A stretch of DNA of 62,953 nucleotides, the filler included, from a bacterium (GTDB lineage Bacteria; JAMORN01), in NCBI GenBank assembly GCA_027063545.1. It is 20 parts of 20 records of this genome, joined end to end, with 100 filler letters (N's around TTAATTAATTAA, not from the genome) between each part and the next. Parts side by side here need not be neighbours in the genome. Positions count along the whole stretch, not along the records: positions 30,300 to 32,312 come from JAMORN010000029.1; positions 32,413 to 34,419 come from JAMORN010000030.1; positions 34,520 to 46,316 come from JAMORN010000031.1; 17 more parts are not named here. One strand, given 5' to 3'. The position numbers and the translations under genes were made by a program. The notes under the pieces are model-generated. The model had not been told where the DNA came from and ran no database searches. It saw only the letters and a program-made list of their open reading frames with translations. This document shows positions 31,352 through 42,641 of the stretch, in pieces. How positions within the stretch are numbered: position 1 is the stretch's first letter; each line of letters starts with the position of its first letter.

Positions 31352-32223
31352 TATTTAATATCCTCATTTTTGAAAATTTTTACTAAAATATTAGTTATAT
31401 ATAACATATTATTCTTCCAATCAGGATTCATAGGTCTTATTACAACTTCTTTCCCATTTATGTCTTTTAAAATACCTTCTACTACTTTATAATCAAATTC
31501 CTTTTGTATTATAATATAATGGATAGAATCTTGTTTTGCTATATTTATTATTTCCTTTAATCTATTTGGAGTTACAGATTTTCCCATTACTTCAATAGAT
31601 ACTTGGGTTATATTATAATCTTTAGCATAGTATGTTAAGTTAGGATGAAATATAATAAATCTATGTTTAGAATAAGGCTTTAATTTATTGGTAATAATAG
31701 AATCCAATGAAGTTAAAGAATCTAAAAAAGACTTATACCTATTATTTATTAAAATACTATCCTCTGGATAAAACTTTACTAAACTATCTCTTATAATACC
31801 TACCATCTCTATTACGCGCTTAGGAGAAAGCCATACATGAGGATCATTGCCTATTTTTTTCTCAGGCGGATAAGAAATAATCTCTTTTATTTTAGGATTT
31901 ATTGATTTTATATTATTCCAATAAGCATTTTCAAAGGGAACAAAAATCTTCACATAAACCTCGCTTTGAGCTATTTGTTTGATTCTTTTAGGAGAAGGTG
32001 AAAATGTTGCGGGAGATTCACCTTCTTTAAGAAATGAAACAATTTTGTATTTAGTAGTATCCAATAATTGTTCTAAAAAATACTTTTGAGGGGGAATACT
32101 AACAGCTATATAATGAATTTTTTTGCTTTCTTTTGTTTGGTTCTCTGACGTAGATCTACTTTTAGAGCAAGATATCATTTGAAGTGTAAAAATAAACAAC
32201 ATTAAAAATACAGCTCTTTTCAT
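31351..32223 (-). CDS. znuA: Zn/Mn ABC transporter substrate-binding lipoprotein
   Basis: ATG 32223 with RBS, lipobox ISC, VSIPPQ, DPHVWLSP, FHP. Confidence 0.85.
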   Translation of the reverse strand: MKRAVFLMLFIFTLQMISCSKSRSTSENQTKESKKIHYIAVSIPPQKYFLEQLLDTTKYKIVSFLKEGESPATFSPSPKRIKQIAQSEVYVKIFVPFENAYWNNIKSINPKIKEIISYPPEKKIGNDPHVWLSPKRVIEMVGIIRDSLVKFYPEDSILINNRYKSFLDSLTSLDSIITNKLKPYSKHRFIIFHPNLTYYAKDYNITQVSIEVMGKSVTPNRLKEIINIAKQDSIHYIIIQKEFDYKVVEGILKDINGKEVVIRPMNPDWKNNMLYITNILVKIFKNEDIK

Positions 32224-32412
32224 ATATTCCCCCTTTCTTTTTAAATTTAATATTATTAATTTAAAAATATAGATAAAAACAAGCAAAAATACAACAGATT
32301 ATAGTCTCTCTTNNNNNNNNNNNNNNNNNNNNNNNNNNNNNNNNNNNNNNNNNNNNTTAATTAATTAANNNNNNNNNNNNNNNNNNNNNNNNNNNNNNNN
32401 NNNNNNNNNNNN

Positions 32413-33346
32413 CACCCTTTTTATATCTTTGAGGATCCCTTAGTTTTCTCTTTTTTATAAACATAGAGATAAAATCCTTATCATTAATTTTATTTGTATC
32501 AACCTGAAATCTATATAAGTCTGCTTTTATCTTTTCTCTTTCAGAAGAAGAATTCTTAAAAATAGGATCTGCAATTACGTTATCCTCTCTATCAAAATAA
32601 ATAGAATCATTGGTTATTGAGTCAAATACACTCCTATAAGGTATTCCTAAAAATTTATCTTTACAGTTCCATACATTTTTATTAACATTTCCCCAAAAAT
32701 TATTATAAACAACTGTTGGATCAAGTTTCTTAGATGAGCAATAAATTCCATAATTTAGGTTATTATAAAAAATTGTTGAAGCAACCATTAAATCACCTGA
32801 ATTTACAAAAATACCTGCTACATCATTATGATCAAATATTGAGTTTATAACAACCATATCACTTAAACTATCTATATACATCCCAATTTTACAGTTTTTA
32901 ACAACTGTATTTTTTATTGTAAAGGAGGCATTTTTTACATATATACCATAGTAGGCATCTTCTATATCTGCATTTAAAATAAAGGTATTTGCGTCATTGG
33001 GATTATCAAAAATAATTCCATACCAAGATGGCCCTGGAATATTATTTGTTCTTGGCTTAAACACTACCCTTTTATTTTTAAAACCATCAATTCTCAAACC
33101 TCCTTTAACAATAATCTTTATAGGCCTATCTTTTCTTTCATCTATATAAACAGTAACCCCTCTTTTTATTACAAGAACCACATCCTCAGGTATTATTAAA
33201 TTATCTTTAATAAAAACAGGTTGATCTAAAATACTCCAAACCTCATCTTCAAGAAGAGGCCCATATTTGTACATCTGGGAAAAAATTTCCTCAATAAAAA
33301 GATATAAGATAAAAATTAAAAGAAAATATATAATTTTTTTTCTCAT
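32413..33346 (-). CDS. Exported right-handed parallel beta-helix protein, truncated
   Basis: Signal peptide; WYGIIF and repeated N..(Y/I)GIY turns; YNNFWGN, N...DP.F. Confidence 0.7.
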
Positions 33347-33393
33347 AACTATTTCCTTTTTTATAGTTTTTATTTATTTTTTTTCAAAGATTT

Positions 33394-34158
33394 ATGATAA
33401 AAGTAAAAAATTTATTTACAAATATTGTTTTAAGTTTTTCTATTTTTCTATTAGTTAATTGTAGCAATAATAGTGCCACTTATGATCTTGGTATAAAATT
33501 TAAAAACTATAAAGATCCTACTATATATTATGTCGACATCTATTCAGATAAAATAATAAAAAATAAAAGAAAAACTGAAAAAATAAGCTATAAACTTTCT
33601 CAGAAGATTAAATCTATATATACTGACAATTCTGCAAAACTTCTATTTACTATAGATTCAATAGTAAAAAATGATTCTATTTTCAAACAGCAATACCATA
33701 AATATATTATTAAAATAACTCCTTTTGGAGAAATTACTTATATGAATTTTGAAAATCTTCCGGAAAATACGTTAGATCTAGATATAAAACTCAATAAATT
33801 ATTAATAAAATTATATCCTATGCTTCCTTATAAAAAAGTAAAAATCGGGGAAAGTTGGGAGAGAAAACAAAGTTTCTATTATGAAGATGAAACTTCTTTT
33901 GGGAATATAGACTTATATAAAAAATTTAAATTAAAGAAAGTTAAAGATACTATTGCTGTTATATCTTTTAAAATAAAAGGTAATTCTATTATAAACATTA
34001 AAAACCATCCTAAAAAAGCAAAACTTAAAATTTCTTCTAAAGGAGAAATAAGATTTAATATTAAACAAAAAATAATTCTATCTATACATGGAACTTTAAA
34101 AACAATAAAGAATAATCAAATTACAACAGAAGAAGTTAATATTATTTTGAAAAATTGA
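33394..34158 (+). CDS. Hypothetical lipoprotein
   Basis: Lipobox-like LVNC; LP.K.VKIGESW motif. Confidence 0.6.
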   Translation: MIKVKNLFTNIVLSFSIFLLVNCSNNSATYDLGIKFKNYKDPTIYYVDIYSDKIIKNKRKTEKISYKLSQKIKSIYTDNSAKLLFTIDSIVKNDSIFKQQYHKYIIKITPFGEITYMNFENLPENTLDLDIKLNKLLIKLYPMLPYKKVKIGESWERKQSFYYEDETSFGNIDLYKKFKLKKVKDTIAVISFKIKGNSIINIKNHPKKAKLKISSKGEIRFNIKQKIILSIHGTLKTIKNNQITTEEVNIILKN

Positions 34159-34190
34159 GCTTAATTTTTTATATTTAAATGAAATTGGAA

Positions 34191-34274
34191 GCCGGGATGG
34201 TGGAACTGGTAGACACGGTGGACTCAAAATCCACTGGGGATAGCCCCATGCGGGTTCGAGTCCCGCTCCCGGCA
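34191..34274 (+). tRNA. tRNA-Leu(CAA)
   Basis: Acceptor GCCGGGA/TCCCGGC+A, D-loop GGTAGAC, anticodon arm GTGGA-CTCAAAA-TCCAC, long variable arm, GGTTCGAGTCC; CCA not encoded. Confidence 0.97.
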
Positions 34275-34359
34275 TTTTTATTATTCAAAAAAATTAATAT
34301 ACTTTTCATATCTGTTCTAAAATGATCGTACTTTCCCAAAACTAAAAAAGGAGGGGAAA

Positions 34360-34419
34360 ATGGAGAGAAAAGATACCAAAAATATCTCATTTAAAACAGA
34401 AATAAAAGAACTTCTTAAT
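34360..34419 (+). CDS. htpG: Probable HtpG N-terminal fragment
   Basis: GGAGG RBS; MERKDTKNISFKTEIKELLN fits the Hsp90 F.(A/T)E..QLL start; only 20 codons visible. Confidence 0.55.
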
Positions 34420-34519
34420 NNNNNNNNNNNNNNNNNNNNNNNNNNNNNNNNNNNNNNNNNNNNTTAATTAATTAANNNNNNNNNNNNNNNNNNNNNNNNN
34501 NNNNNNNNNNNNNNNNNNN

Positions 34520-34934
34520 GCCCTTCATTTTTTTCAAGTTTATTTTTCTCTTTTGATAGTGTATTTAAGGAAAAATCAATAAATTTACATAATGAATCTA
34601 AATCTTCTTCTTTTACTTTTTTATAAGAAAAAGGAATCTCACCATTGAGTCTTTTAATTTCTTTCTTTATAGATGTTAAAACTATATCATAAACTTTATC
34701 ATAGTCTATATCTTCCATTTTAGTAGGATTAAGACCTTTAGTTTCAATGGTTATTTTATAGTTTGGCAGAATAAAAAATTTTTGAGATTCTACATTTTTA
34801 TAAGAGAAATAGTTGTATATTAAATAATTATTAATGTTATTTTCTTTATTTAAGAGAGAAGAAGAACATCCCAATATTAAAACAATAGAAATAAATCCTA
34901 GAAGAAGTATATAAATCTTTATTTTTCTACTCAT
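34520..34934 (-). CDS. Hypothetical lipoprotein, truncated
   Basis: Lipobox LGC; shares I(E/Q)TKGL with the upstream gene. Confidence 0.6.
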
Positions 34935-35647
34935 TTTATATTTATACTAGAAAAAATGTTTTTTACAAGTGTTGGAAATACCTTTTTTGTAATATCGTAA
35001 AATTCTGATTTTTTATCTGTATATGTATTTTTAAATCTAATATTACTTATATTTTCAAATACTAAATCACCTTTTTTCATATCCCATATTTGAATATATA
35101 AACTTTCTTCAATAACAAAAATTTTTTTATCACCTATTTGGTCTATTTGATTTCTTTTGATGGTTATCTCTATAGGAAGTATTATATATCTTACCTTATA
35201 TTTTTTATAAAACTCTTTTAATATTTCCTTATCCTTATCTGAAAGAGAGAAATTGTCTTCTAATTTTGATCTTCTAGTGATTATGATATTGTAGAAATTT
35301 TTATAATTCTCTCCTAATATTATCTCCCTTTGATTAGATTTAATACATTTAAAATTATTTTTTAAAAATTTCTGAAATTCTTTAGATATACTATCCTGGA
35401 CAGATTTTTCCTCTTCAATTGTAAGTTTTTTCGTTAACCCTTTTGTTTGAATATAGAAGTTTAATATGTCAAGACTTAATACACTCTGAGATTTTAGATT
35501 TAAAGTAGAATCTTCAATAAATATTTTTTGTAATTTAAAAATGCCATAATCTGTTTTTATTGTTTTGCTATTAAAACAACCAGTTAAGGCTCCTCCTATA
35601 AAAAAGAGAAGCCCTAAAAGAAGAATATAATAAGCTTTTTTCCCCAT
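34931..35647 (-). CDS. Hypothetical lipoprotein
   Basis: Lipobox LTGC; QIWDMKKGDLVF (CsgG/LpoB-like C-terminal pattern). Confidence 0.6.
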   Translation of the reverse strand: MGKKAYYILLLGLLFFIGGALTGCFNSKTIKTDYGIFKLQKIFIEDSTLNLKSQSVLSLDILNFYIQTKGLTKKLTIEEEKSVQDSISKEFQKFLKNNFKCIKSNQREIILGENYKNFYNIIITRRSKLEDNFSLSDKDKEILKEFYKKYKVRYIILPIEITIKRNQIDQIGDKKIFVIEESLYIQIWDMKKGDLVFENISNIRFKNTYTDKKSEFYDITKKVFPTLVKNIFSSINIK

Positions 35648-35717
35648 AATACTACCCTTCTACTAAAGGGATGTGATTTCTAATAATTAAAATATAAAAT
35701 AAACTAAATCAAAAAAA

Positions 35718-36683
35718 CTAGTTTATTTTTATTTTTATATCTATTTTATGTCTTTTTTTAATTTTATCATATATTGCATTAATATTTTGATCCTTTAATC
35801 TCTTTGATATCAAAGCATAGGTTTTATTATCTAAAGAATCTTTTATATCATGTAAAAATATAATATGATATCCGTATATAGTTTTTACAATATCACTAAT
35901 TTCGCCAACCTTCATAGTGTCTAAAGCTTTAGCAAAGTTTCTATCAAGATCTTTTAACTTAACATATCCAATATCTCCACCTTTAACTTTTGAAGGACCT
36001 TCAGAATATTTTTGGGCAATTTCAGAAAAATTAGAACCATCTTTTTTCAACATTTTTTGTATATTTTTTATTTTTATTAAAGCACTGTCAATGTTAGTGC
36101 TATCAGGTTTTTTCTTTAATACTAAAATATGAGAAACATGATACATTTTATATTCGTTTTTATGTTTATTATAGTAGTTCTTTACCACATTAGAATCAAT
36201 TTTCACTTCATTTTTTAATTTTTCTACATATTTATTAACTAATAAATTTGTTTTTATAGAACTTCTAAACTCCTCAAAAGTTGTTTTTGTTTTTGTTAAA
36301 TAATTCTTAAAAGCCGTAGTATCCCCCTTAAAGTGTTGAAGTATAAATTTATTAACCTCTGCATTTACCATACTATCTGTTATATGTAAAGATGTATCTT
36401 TTTCAGCCTCAACCCTTAAAATATTAAATAAAATATCTGCGTCTATTACATTTTTTAAAAGAGCGATAGAATCTTTAGGAGTCATTTTTTTTCTTGTAAT
36501 TAATGCATAAAATGCTTTTATATTTTTAAATTTATTCATGATATCTTCTTTATAGATAGTGATAGAATCGTCAATTACAACCATAGGTGTCTTACCTGAA
36601 GATTGAACTTTACTTTTAGAACAATTTGTCCATAAGATAGAGAAAAGACTTAAAATTAAAATTAAAGTTAATGCTTTTTTCAT
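35718..36683 (-). CDS. Parvulin-type peptidyl-prolyl isomerase (PrsA/SurA-like) lipoprotein
   Basis: SHILV, FSEIAQKYSEGPS...GGDIG, VGEISDIVKT.YGYHII. Confidence 0.88.
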   Translation of the reverse strand: MKKALTLILILSLFSILWTNCSKSKVQSSGKTPMVVIDDSITIYKEDIMNKFKNIKAFYALITRKKMTPKDSIALLKNVIDADILFNILRVEAEKDTSLHITDSMVNAEVNKFILQHFKGDTTAFKNYLTKTKTTFEEFRSSIKTNLLVNKYVEKLKNEVKIDSNVVKNYYNKHKNEYKMYHVSHILVLKKKPDSTNIDSALIKIKNIQKMLKKDGSNFSEIAQKYSEGPSKVKGGDIGYVKLKDLDRNFAKALDTMKVGEISDIVKTIYGYHIIFLHDIKDSLDNKTYALISKRLKDQNINAIYDKIKKRHKIDIKIKIN

Positions 36684-36712
36684 GACATACTCCTTATTAA
36701 AGTTTTGATTTA

Positions 36713-38473
36713 TTAATAGTTAAGTTTTATGAATTTTTTATTTTCAATTTTTATAATCTCAGCATTATTATTTGATCCTTCTGTATTATAAAATGTAATT
36801 CTACCACTTACTCCATTATAATTTTTAATATTATTTATATATTCAGTAATAGCCTCAGGAGTGGTATATCCATTCTCTATAGCTGAGAATATAATGTCAA
36901 TAGCATCATAACCTAAGTAGCTAACCTTTCCAGGACTTTTTTTAAACATATTTTTATATTCATTTTCAAACTTTATCCTTTTATCATATCTATCTATTTT
37001 ATAAAAATAAAGACTGAAATATGAGTTGTTTAAATATTGAGCAGTATGTTTAATTAATTTGTTTGAATACCAACCAGATGATCCTAATAGAGTGCCATTA
37101 ATTCTATAATAAAATATTTGAGGAATAAGCATAATAAGCTCATCAGCAGATGCAGAAGGAATAAATATTCCATCAACCTGCAAATTTTCTTCTTTAAGTC
37201 TTTTTTTGGGAATGTTTTCAAGTTTTACTTCTCTATATTTCCCTTCTTTTTTAAATATCTCCTCTTCTATCTTGTCAATAAGTATTGCTCTTCTAATAGA
37301 AATCATATACTCTTTATAATCCTTTGTGCCTGGAGGATAAATTATTAATTTTATAATTCTACCACCTTTTGCTTCTACATATCTTTGAAAACTTAATGCT
37401 TGAGTTCTACCATAAGCATTATCAGGAGCTATAATAACAAATTTTCTTAATTTAAGGCTATCAACAGCAAATTTTGCAATTTTTTCTGCTAATTTTGTTA
37501 TTGTTACATTAAGTTGAAAAATATTATTACCTATTTTAGCAATACCTTCTTCAGTCGCTGTGGGAGTAATAAGAGGTAAAGAGTATTCACTCACTAAAGC
37601 ACTTGCCACTATTGTATTTAAACTTGTAATAGGTCCAACAATTGCTGTGTAATCACCATATTTTAGTATTTCTTTAACTTTAAATATTGTTTCTATTGGA
37701 CTGCTTTTAGTATCAAAAACAGAATATTTTATATTATCATTTTCTATTTCAGAAAATTTCAACTTTATAGAGTTTAATACCTGCTCTCCATATACTTTAT
37801 ATTCCCCAGATAAAGGTAAAAGAACAGCAATTTTTATATATCTTCCCTTTAATTCTTTACTTTTCTCTAAATATTTTTTTACAATTTCTGAGAGAGGGTC
37901 TGAAGAAAATAAGGATAAGAATATGGTAGAGAGTTTTTCAACACTACTGAAATTACCTTTCTCATAAGAGTTTTTTATTAAGTAGAATAGGATATTTTTA
38001 TATAACACATCATAATCTTTATATTTATCTTTTAATTGTTCTAGTTGATTAAGATCTAATTTTTTTAAACTTTCTTTAAAAATATTTAAACCATAAATTT
38101 TTAGATTTTGGGGAGCTTTTATTATAAAAATGGCAGCATGATCAGCACTTTCATAGAAATTTTGAGTTTTAAATAAATACACGCTATAAAGATAATTATA
38201 ATAAAAAGATAAAGAAGAATCACCTTTTTCTTTTAAAATCTTTAATATAAATTTAGCATTTTTTAGGTCATTGTTATTTAAATATATCTTTGTTAAAGCA
38301 ATTAACGCCTTTGTTTTTATAATGTTATTTTTGCTTGAAAGATACAACTTTTGAAGTTTTATTATAGATTCTTTTATAGAATTAGAATTTAATATATCTT
38401 CTATTTTATCATTTGTGTATATTGGGGTAGTAGTTAATAGTAGTAATGCTAATAAGAAATATAATCTTTTCAT
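36713..38473 (-). CDS. TPR + LppC/LpoA-like periplasmic binding protein (penicillin-binding protein activator family)
   Basis: Signal peptide, helical repeats, IAVLLPLSG..G, IVGP, YLGYDA, GVSG.I.F. Confidence 0.75.
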   Translation of the reverse strand: MKRLYFLLALLLLTTTPIYTNDKIEDILNSNSIKESIIKLQKLYLSSKNNIIKTKALIALTKIYLNNNDLKNAKFILKILKEKGDSSLSFYYNYLYSVYLFKTQNFYESADHAAIFIIKAPQNLKIYGLNIFKESLKKLDLNQLEQLKDKYKDYDVLYKNILFYLIKNSYEKGNFSSVEKLSTIFLSLFSSDPLSEIVKKYLEKSKELKGRYIKIAVLLPLSGEYKVYGEQVLNSIKLKFSEIENDNIKYSVFDTKSSPIETIFKVKEILKYGDYTAIVGPITSLNTIVASALVSEYSLPLITPTATEEGIAKIGNNIFQLNVTITKLAEKIAKFAVDSLKLRKFVIIAPDNAYGRTQALSFQRYVEAKGGRIIKLIIYPPGTKDYKEYMISIRRAILIDKIEEEIFKKEGKYREVKLENIPKKRLKEENLQVDGIFIPSASADELIMLIPQIFYYRINGTLLGSSGWYSNKLIKHTAQYLNNSYFSLYFYKIDRYDKRIKFENEYKNMFKKSPGKVSYLGYDAIDIIFSAIENGYTTPEAITEYINNIKNYNGVSGRITFYNTEGSNNNAEIIKIENKKFIKLNY

Positions 38474-38501
38474 AAAAACAATTCTCTTCAAATTGTTTAA
38501 A

Positions 38502-40130
38502 TTAATCATTAATTAATGGTAAATCTTCAAATTCTAAATTATAAAAGATATCTGTTAAAAATTCAATTTCCTTTAAAATATCTTTTTTTTCTTCTTTATT
38601 CAATAATAAAGATAATAAAGTTTCAACTCTATTAAAAAGTTCGTTAAACCTATTATAAGCATAATGGGAGGTATTATTATAAGCCATAAAAGGCCAATCA
38701 GAGGATGTAAGAAGAAGAATATTTTTTACAAGAAGAACAAAGAGTCTTTTTCTATAAGCGTTTATTTGAATTACATTATTTTTATACATATCAACTAAAT
38801 ATTTATAATCCTCTAATACTCTATAGGTAGTTGTTAACATAGAAGATACTTTATTACTAGACCATACCTCAGCAAATCCTTTTTCTCCCCAAGAAGAAAA
38901 GATAGGATTTACAATCTGATGTTTTGAATAAATTTTTTGATATTCTTCTAATGTAGTTAATTGTATCTCATTTTGATTTGAGAATATTAAGATTAAATTT
39001 TTTAGAAAATCTATACCTTCAAACCACCAATGGCCAAATAGTTCCATATCAAATGGCATTGTAAGTATAGGCTTAGCAAATTTTATTTTGTCTTTTATTT
39101 TTATAAGTCTATGTTTTATATTAGAAAAAAGATCTAAAGCATCTAAATAAGTTTGCTGTTTTGCTTCTTCAATATTATAAAAATCTTTTTTGATATTCCA
39201 TAATTTTATACCAGTAAAAGATCTATCAAAACCACCATCGTAGTTTTTATGAAGAAGATCTTTTATATCTTCTATATCAAATTCAAATCCTATATCTTTA
39301 TAAAAATCTCTATAAACTAAGTTAGCAGGATAACCTATTTCTCTGGACCATACCTTTTTGGCTGATTCAAAGTCTCTAGGATAATACAGAATTTTATTAG
39401 AAGAATACACAGGGGTGTATATTACATTAATAGGTTTAGGTTGTCCGAATATTATACCATGTGCCTCTAAGATTGTTCGTTTTATATTACTTTTTTTTAA
39501 TGCTTCTTCTATTTGTGGATGATATCCTGCTTCTGGCAGCCAAAAACTTTCTAAATTTTTGTTAAAAAAGTATAAAAACTCTTTTTTTGAATTTTTGACT
39601 AACAGATTCAAATACCATGGATATGATATATAATTTGGCATAAAAGTATGGGTTAAGTTAGTGGAAAATAGATGAATAATACCTAAATCGTTTAATTTTT
39701 TAAACTGACCAAGAAGATCTCTTTTGTACTTTTTATTAAGAGAAAAATCTATTTTTTTATAAAAATCTAAATAAAATAAGAATAATTTTATTAAATATTG
39801 GTTTTTTACTATAGGATCTCTTTTAATAGAAGTTTGTAGAAAATTTATTCTTTTATTTATATAATTCTGCAATTTTTCAAGGATTTTTTTATTAGATAGA
39901 AGATAAATTAAGGTAGGACTTAAAGAGATATTCAATTTGCTTTTGATATTATAAAGTTCATATAACTCCCATAACATATCAATAAGAGGTATATATACCT
40001 CAACAATAGCCTCAAAAACCCAATCTTCTTCCAAAAAATCTTGATGCTCAGGGTGATAAACAAAAGGCAGATGCCCATGAAGAACAAAATTTATATATCC
40101 AACAATATTATTGGTGTCTTTATCTATCAT
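38502..40130 (-). CDS. GH57 1,4-alpha-glucan branching enzyme (DUF1957)
   Basis: VLHGHLPFV, EEDWVFEAI.E.YIPL, FWLPEAGY (nucleophile), PFDMELFGHWWFEG (acid/base), SSDWPF. Confidence 0.9.
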   Translation of the reverse strand: MIDKDTNNIVGYINFVLHGHLPFVYHPEHQDFLEEDWVFEAIVEVYIPLIDMLWELYELYNIKSKLNISLSPTLIYLLSNKKILEKLQNYINKRINFLQTSIKRDPIVKNQYLIKLFLFYLDFYKKIDFSLNKKYKRDLLGQFKKLNDLGIIHLFSTNLTHTFMPNYISYPWYLNLLVKNSKKEFLYFFNKNLESFWLPEAGYHPQIEEALKKSNIKRTILEAHGIIFGQPKPINVIYTPVYSSNKILYYPRDFESAKKVWSREIGYPANLVYRDFYKDIGFEFDIEDIKDLLHKNYDGGFDRSFTGIKLWNIKKDFYNIEEAKQQTYLDALDLFSNIKHRLIKIKDKIKFAKPILTMPFDMELFGHWWFEGIDFLKNLILIFSNQNEIQLTTLEEYQKIYSKHQIVNPIFSSWGEKGFAEVWSSNKVSSMLTTTYRVLEDYKYLVDMYKNNVIQINAYRKRLFVLLVKNILLLTSSDWPFMAYNNTSHYAYNRFNELFNRVETLLSLLLNKEEKKDILKEIEFLTDIFYNLEFEDLPLIND

Positions 40131-41159
40131 TTACTCTTCTTTTTTTGTTATATAAGGCGTAATAGTAATTATATGTTTTTTATTACTACTAATAGCTTTA
40201 ATTGGAAATTTATGTTCACCATTGGGTAAAGCAAAATGAAGAGAAAAACTCCCATCTTCTTTTAAAGGTATAGTAAATTCTCCTAGTTTTACTGTTGCAT
40301 TAGGTTTTGTATATCCTTTTATAATAACTTCTGTTTCTACTATTAAAAAGAAATCATCTTTTTCTATTTTATATTTTAATTGTTCTACTTTATCAATAAT
40401 AGCAGTAGAAGAAACACCTCCAATACTAGAGATTAAATTAGATGAAATAAAGCTTTCAGAACTTAATATATCTTTAAAAATTTTTACAAAGCTTTCAGAG
40501 CTTATTATATATTTTAATATTTTTTCATCCCCAAATGTTTCTTCATATATTTCAATTATTTCTTCTTCAGGGATATTTAAGAGTTCTGTTTCATCTAATT
40601 CACTATCGTATAATTCTACTCCATTTATATTTTGTGAAATATTAATTTGGTAAGTAATACTATTTGAGTTTACAATAGGTATGTATTTGTTATTATTATC
40701 TAGTATACCTAATTCAATATATATTTCACCTGCAGTACCTTTAGGCTGAAAGTACCAACTTGAAATGTTTTTATCTAATATAATATCATATATATCAGAA
40801 CCTTCATGTACTTTAAGAACAATATTTTCTATTATATTAACATCTATGTTTCCTATTTCCCAATATGCAAATAACCATTCTGGATCTTTTTGTGTTAAAA
40901 CAATGTATGTTCTTTTAAATTTAGGTTTTTTTATTAAATCTACAGGAGAAAATACTTTATCTCTGTTAGCAAAAGTTTTATCTTCTTTCTTATCATTCAA
41001 TTTTGGAGGGACACTTTGCTTCAGAGCTTTATATTGTTTATATTCTAAGCTTCTTATGTTAGTATTAATAGAAAATTTTTTCAAAAATCCAAGTTTTTTT
41101 AAAATAGTAGGAGAAACTTTTTTGTATATAGATTTTTTCTTTATTATTTTATTTCTCAT
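40131..41159 (-). CDS. DUF4912 domain protein
   Basis: KDPEWLFAYWEI, SWY, ELG, Ser-rich SS region, DFFL.VETE..I.G.T.P.A.V...DGSF; usual partner of the GH57 branching enzyme. Confidence 0.8.
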   Translation of the reverse strand: MRNKIIKKKSIYKKVSPTILKKLGFLKKFSINTNIRSLEYKQYKALKQSVPPKLNDKKEDKTFANRDKVFSPVDLIKKPKFKRTYIVLTQKDPEWLFAYWEIGNIDVNIIENIVLKVHEGSDIYDIILDKNISSWYFQPKGTAGEIYIELGILDNNNKYIPIVNSNSITYQINISQNINGVELYDSELDETELLNIPEEEIIEIYEETFGDEKILKYIISSESFVKIFKDILSSESFISSNLISSIGGVSSTAIIDKVEQLKYKIEKDDFFLIVETEVIIKGYTKPNATVKLGEFTIPLKEDGSFSLHFALPNGEHKFPIKAISSNKKHIITITPYITKKEE

Positions 41160-41336
41160 AATCTTATTCCCTCCTTAAGAGTGATTTTATTTAAAATTAT
41201 CTTTTTGAAATTATCCTTGTAATTTAATTATATCTAAAAATATATAATTAATATATAAAAATTGTATATAAAAAAATATTTTTTTATTTTATCGTTTAAA
41301 TAGATGAGAAAAAATAAAAATGGAGGGTTTGTTCAG

Positions 41337-42620
41337 ATGAAAAAAGTTTATTTACTTATTCTTTCTATAATATTAATATATATAATAAATATCTTTGCAA
41401 TTCCACAAAAAAAGTATGCAGTGGTTGACTTAAAAGGTATAGATATAGAAATTCAGAAAGCAAAGATTGTAACAAATTCTCTAAGAAGTAGATTACTTAG
41501 GGATTCTAAGGGACAAGTAGTTCCTCCAGCGATGATGAAGCAGATTTTATCCTCTAAATCAATAATATTAGAGCCAAGTGACGATATTACATATTTATCT
41601 CAAGTAGGTGAAGCTTTAAATGTAGAGAAAGTTATAGGTGGTACACTTGTAAAATCTGGAAGTAGTATTATTTTAAATATAATAGTAGTAGATCCTAAAA
41701 AAAAGGTAAAAATAGGAGAGATAACAAAAGAAACAAATGAGTTTTCTCAAATTATGGGTAGTGTAATACCAGAAGTAGTGAATAATATTTTAAATGAAAG
41801 TTATAATAAAATTGAAGATCCTAAACAACCTAAATTAGAAAAGATTACAATAAATATAAATACAAATCCAGAGGGGGCTTTAGTTTATATAAATGGGAAT
41901 AAAGTAGGAACTACACCTTTAAAATATACAGGAAAAGAGAATGATATGTTAGATATAAAGATAGAGAAAGAAGGATATAATACATTGACTACAAGTATTA
42001 TGATTACAAAACACCAAAAAGAGTTTAGTTTTGATTTAACTCCAAAAGTTGTAGAAAAAGAGAAAACTTTAAATTCTCCAACCTCTACAACAAGTAATAC
42101 AATTTTAAATGATACCACAAATTTTGAAGGTACAGGAAATTTAATTTTATCTTCAGATCCAGAAGGAGCAGCAGCTTATTTAGATGGAAATTATATAGGT
42201 GTAACAAATCTACTATATGAAGCTCCAGCAGGGAAACATACCTTAGAATTGAAATTAGAAGGATATAGGGATACAACATTACAGATAATAATATATCCAA
42301 ATCAAAATAATATAATAGAAGTACCATTGTATGCAGCTCAAGTAGCAGAAGAGTTTAAGGAGGAAGTAGAAGGAAATAAAAATGTAAAACTAATTACCCA
42401 AATATCTTTAGGACTTATCACTTTAGGAACTATAGGATATGGTATAAAGGTAAATAAAGATATTGAAGATACTTATAATGAATATAAAATAGAAAAAGAC
42501 AAAGAAAAGGTATCACAACTGCATGATACTATAGAAAATTACATTCTTTTGAGAAATACCTTATATTTAATAGGTGGTTTATCAGGGGTGGGAGTTGTCC
42601 TTACATTTACAATATGGTAA
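41337..42620 (+). CDS. Exported PEGA-domain protein with C-terminal TM segments
   Basis: Signal peptide; CsgG-like N-domain; two PEGA repeats (TNPEGALVYING..VGTTP; SDPEGAAAYLDG..IG). Confidence 0.8.
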   Translation: MKKVYLLILSIILIYIINIFAIPQKKYAVVDLKGIDIEIQKAKIVTNSLRSRLLRDSKGQVVPPAMMKQILSSKSIILEPSDDITYLSQVGEALNVEKVIGGTLVKSGSSIILNIIVVDPKKKVKIGEITKETNEFSQIMGSVIPEVVNNILNESYNKIEDPKQPKLEKITININTNPEGALVYINGNKVGTTPLKYTGKENDMLDIKIEKEGYNTLTTSIMITKHQKEFSFDLTPKVVEKEKTLNSPTSTTSNTILNDTTNFEGTGNLILSSDPEGAAAYLDGNYIGVTNLLYEAPAGKHTLELKLEGYRDTTLQIIIYPNQNNIIEVPLYAAQVAEEFKEEVEGNKNVKLITQISLGLITLGTIGYGIKVNKDIEDTYNEYKIEKDKEKVSQLHDTIENYILLRNTLYLIGGLSGVGVVLTFTIW

Positions 42621-42641
42621 AATATATAAAAGGAGGTTAGT

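Noticed and set aside
34175-34390. 71-aa minus-strand ORF
   Set aside because: Antisense shadow of tRNA-Leu and the htpG start
40450-40510. Duplicated I(I/L)SSESF segment
   Set aside because: Lies in the Ser-rich low-complexity region usual for DUF4912 proteins
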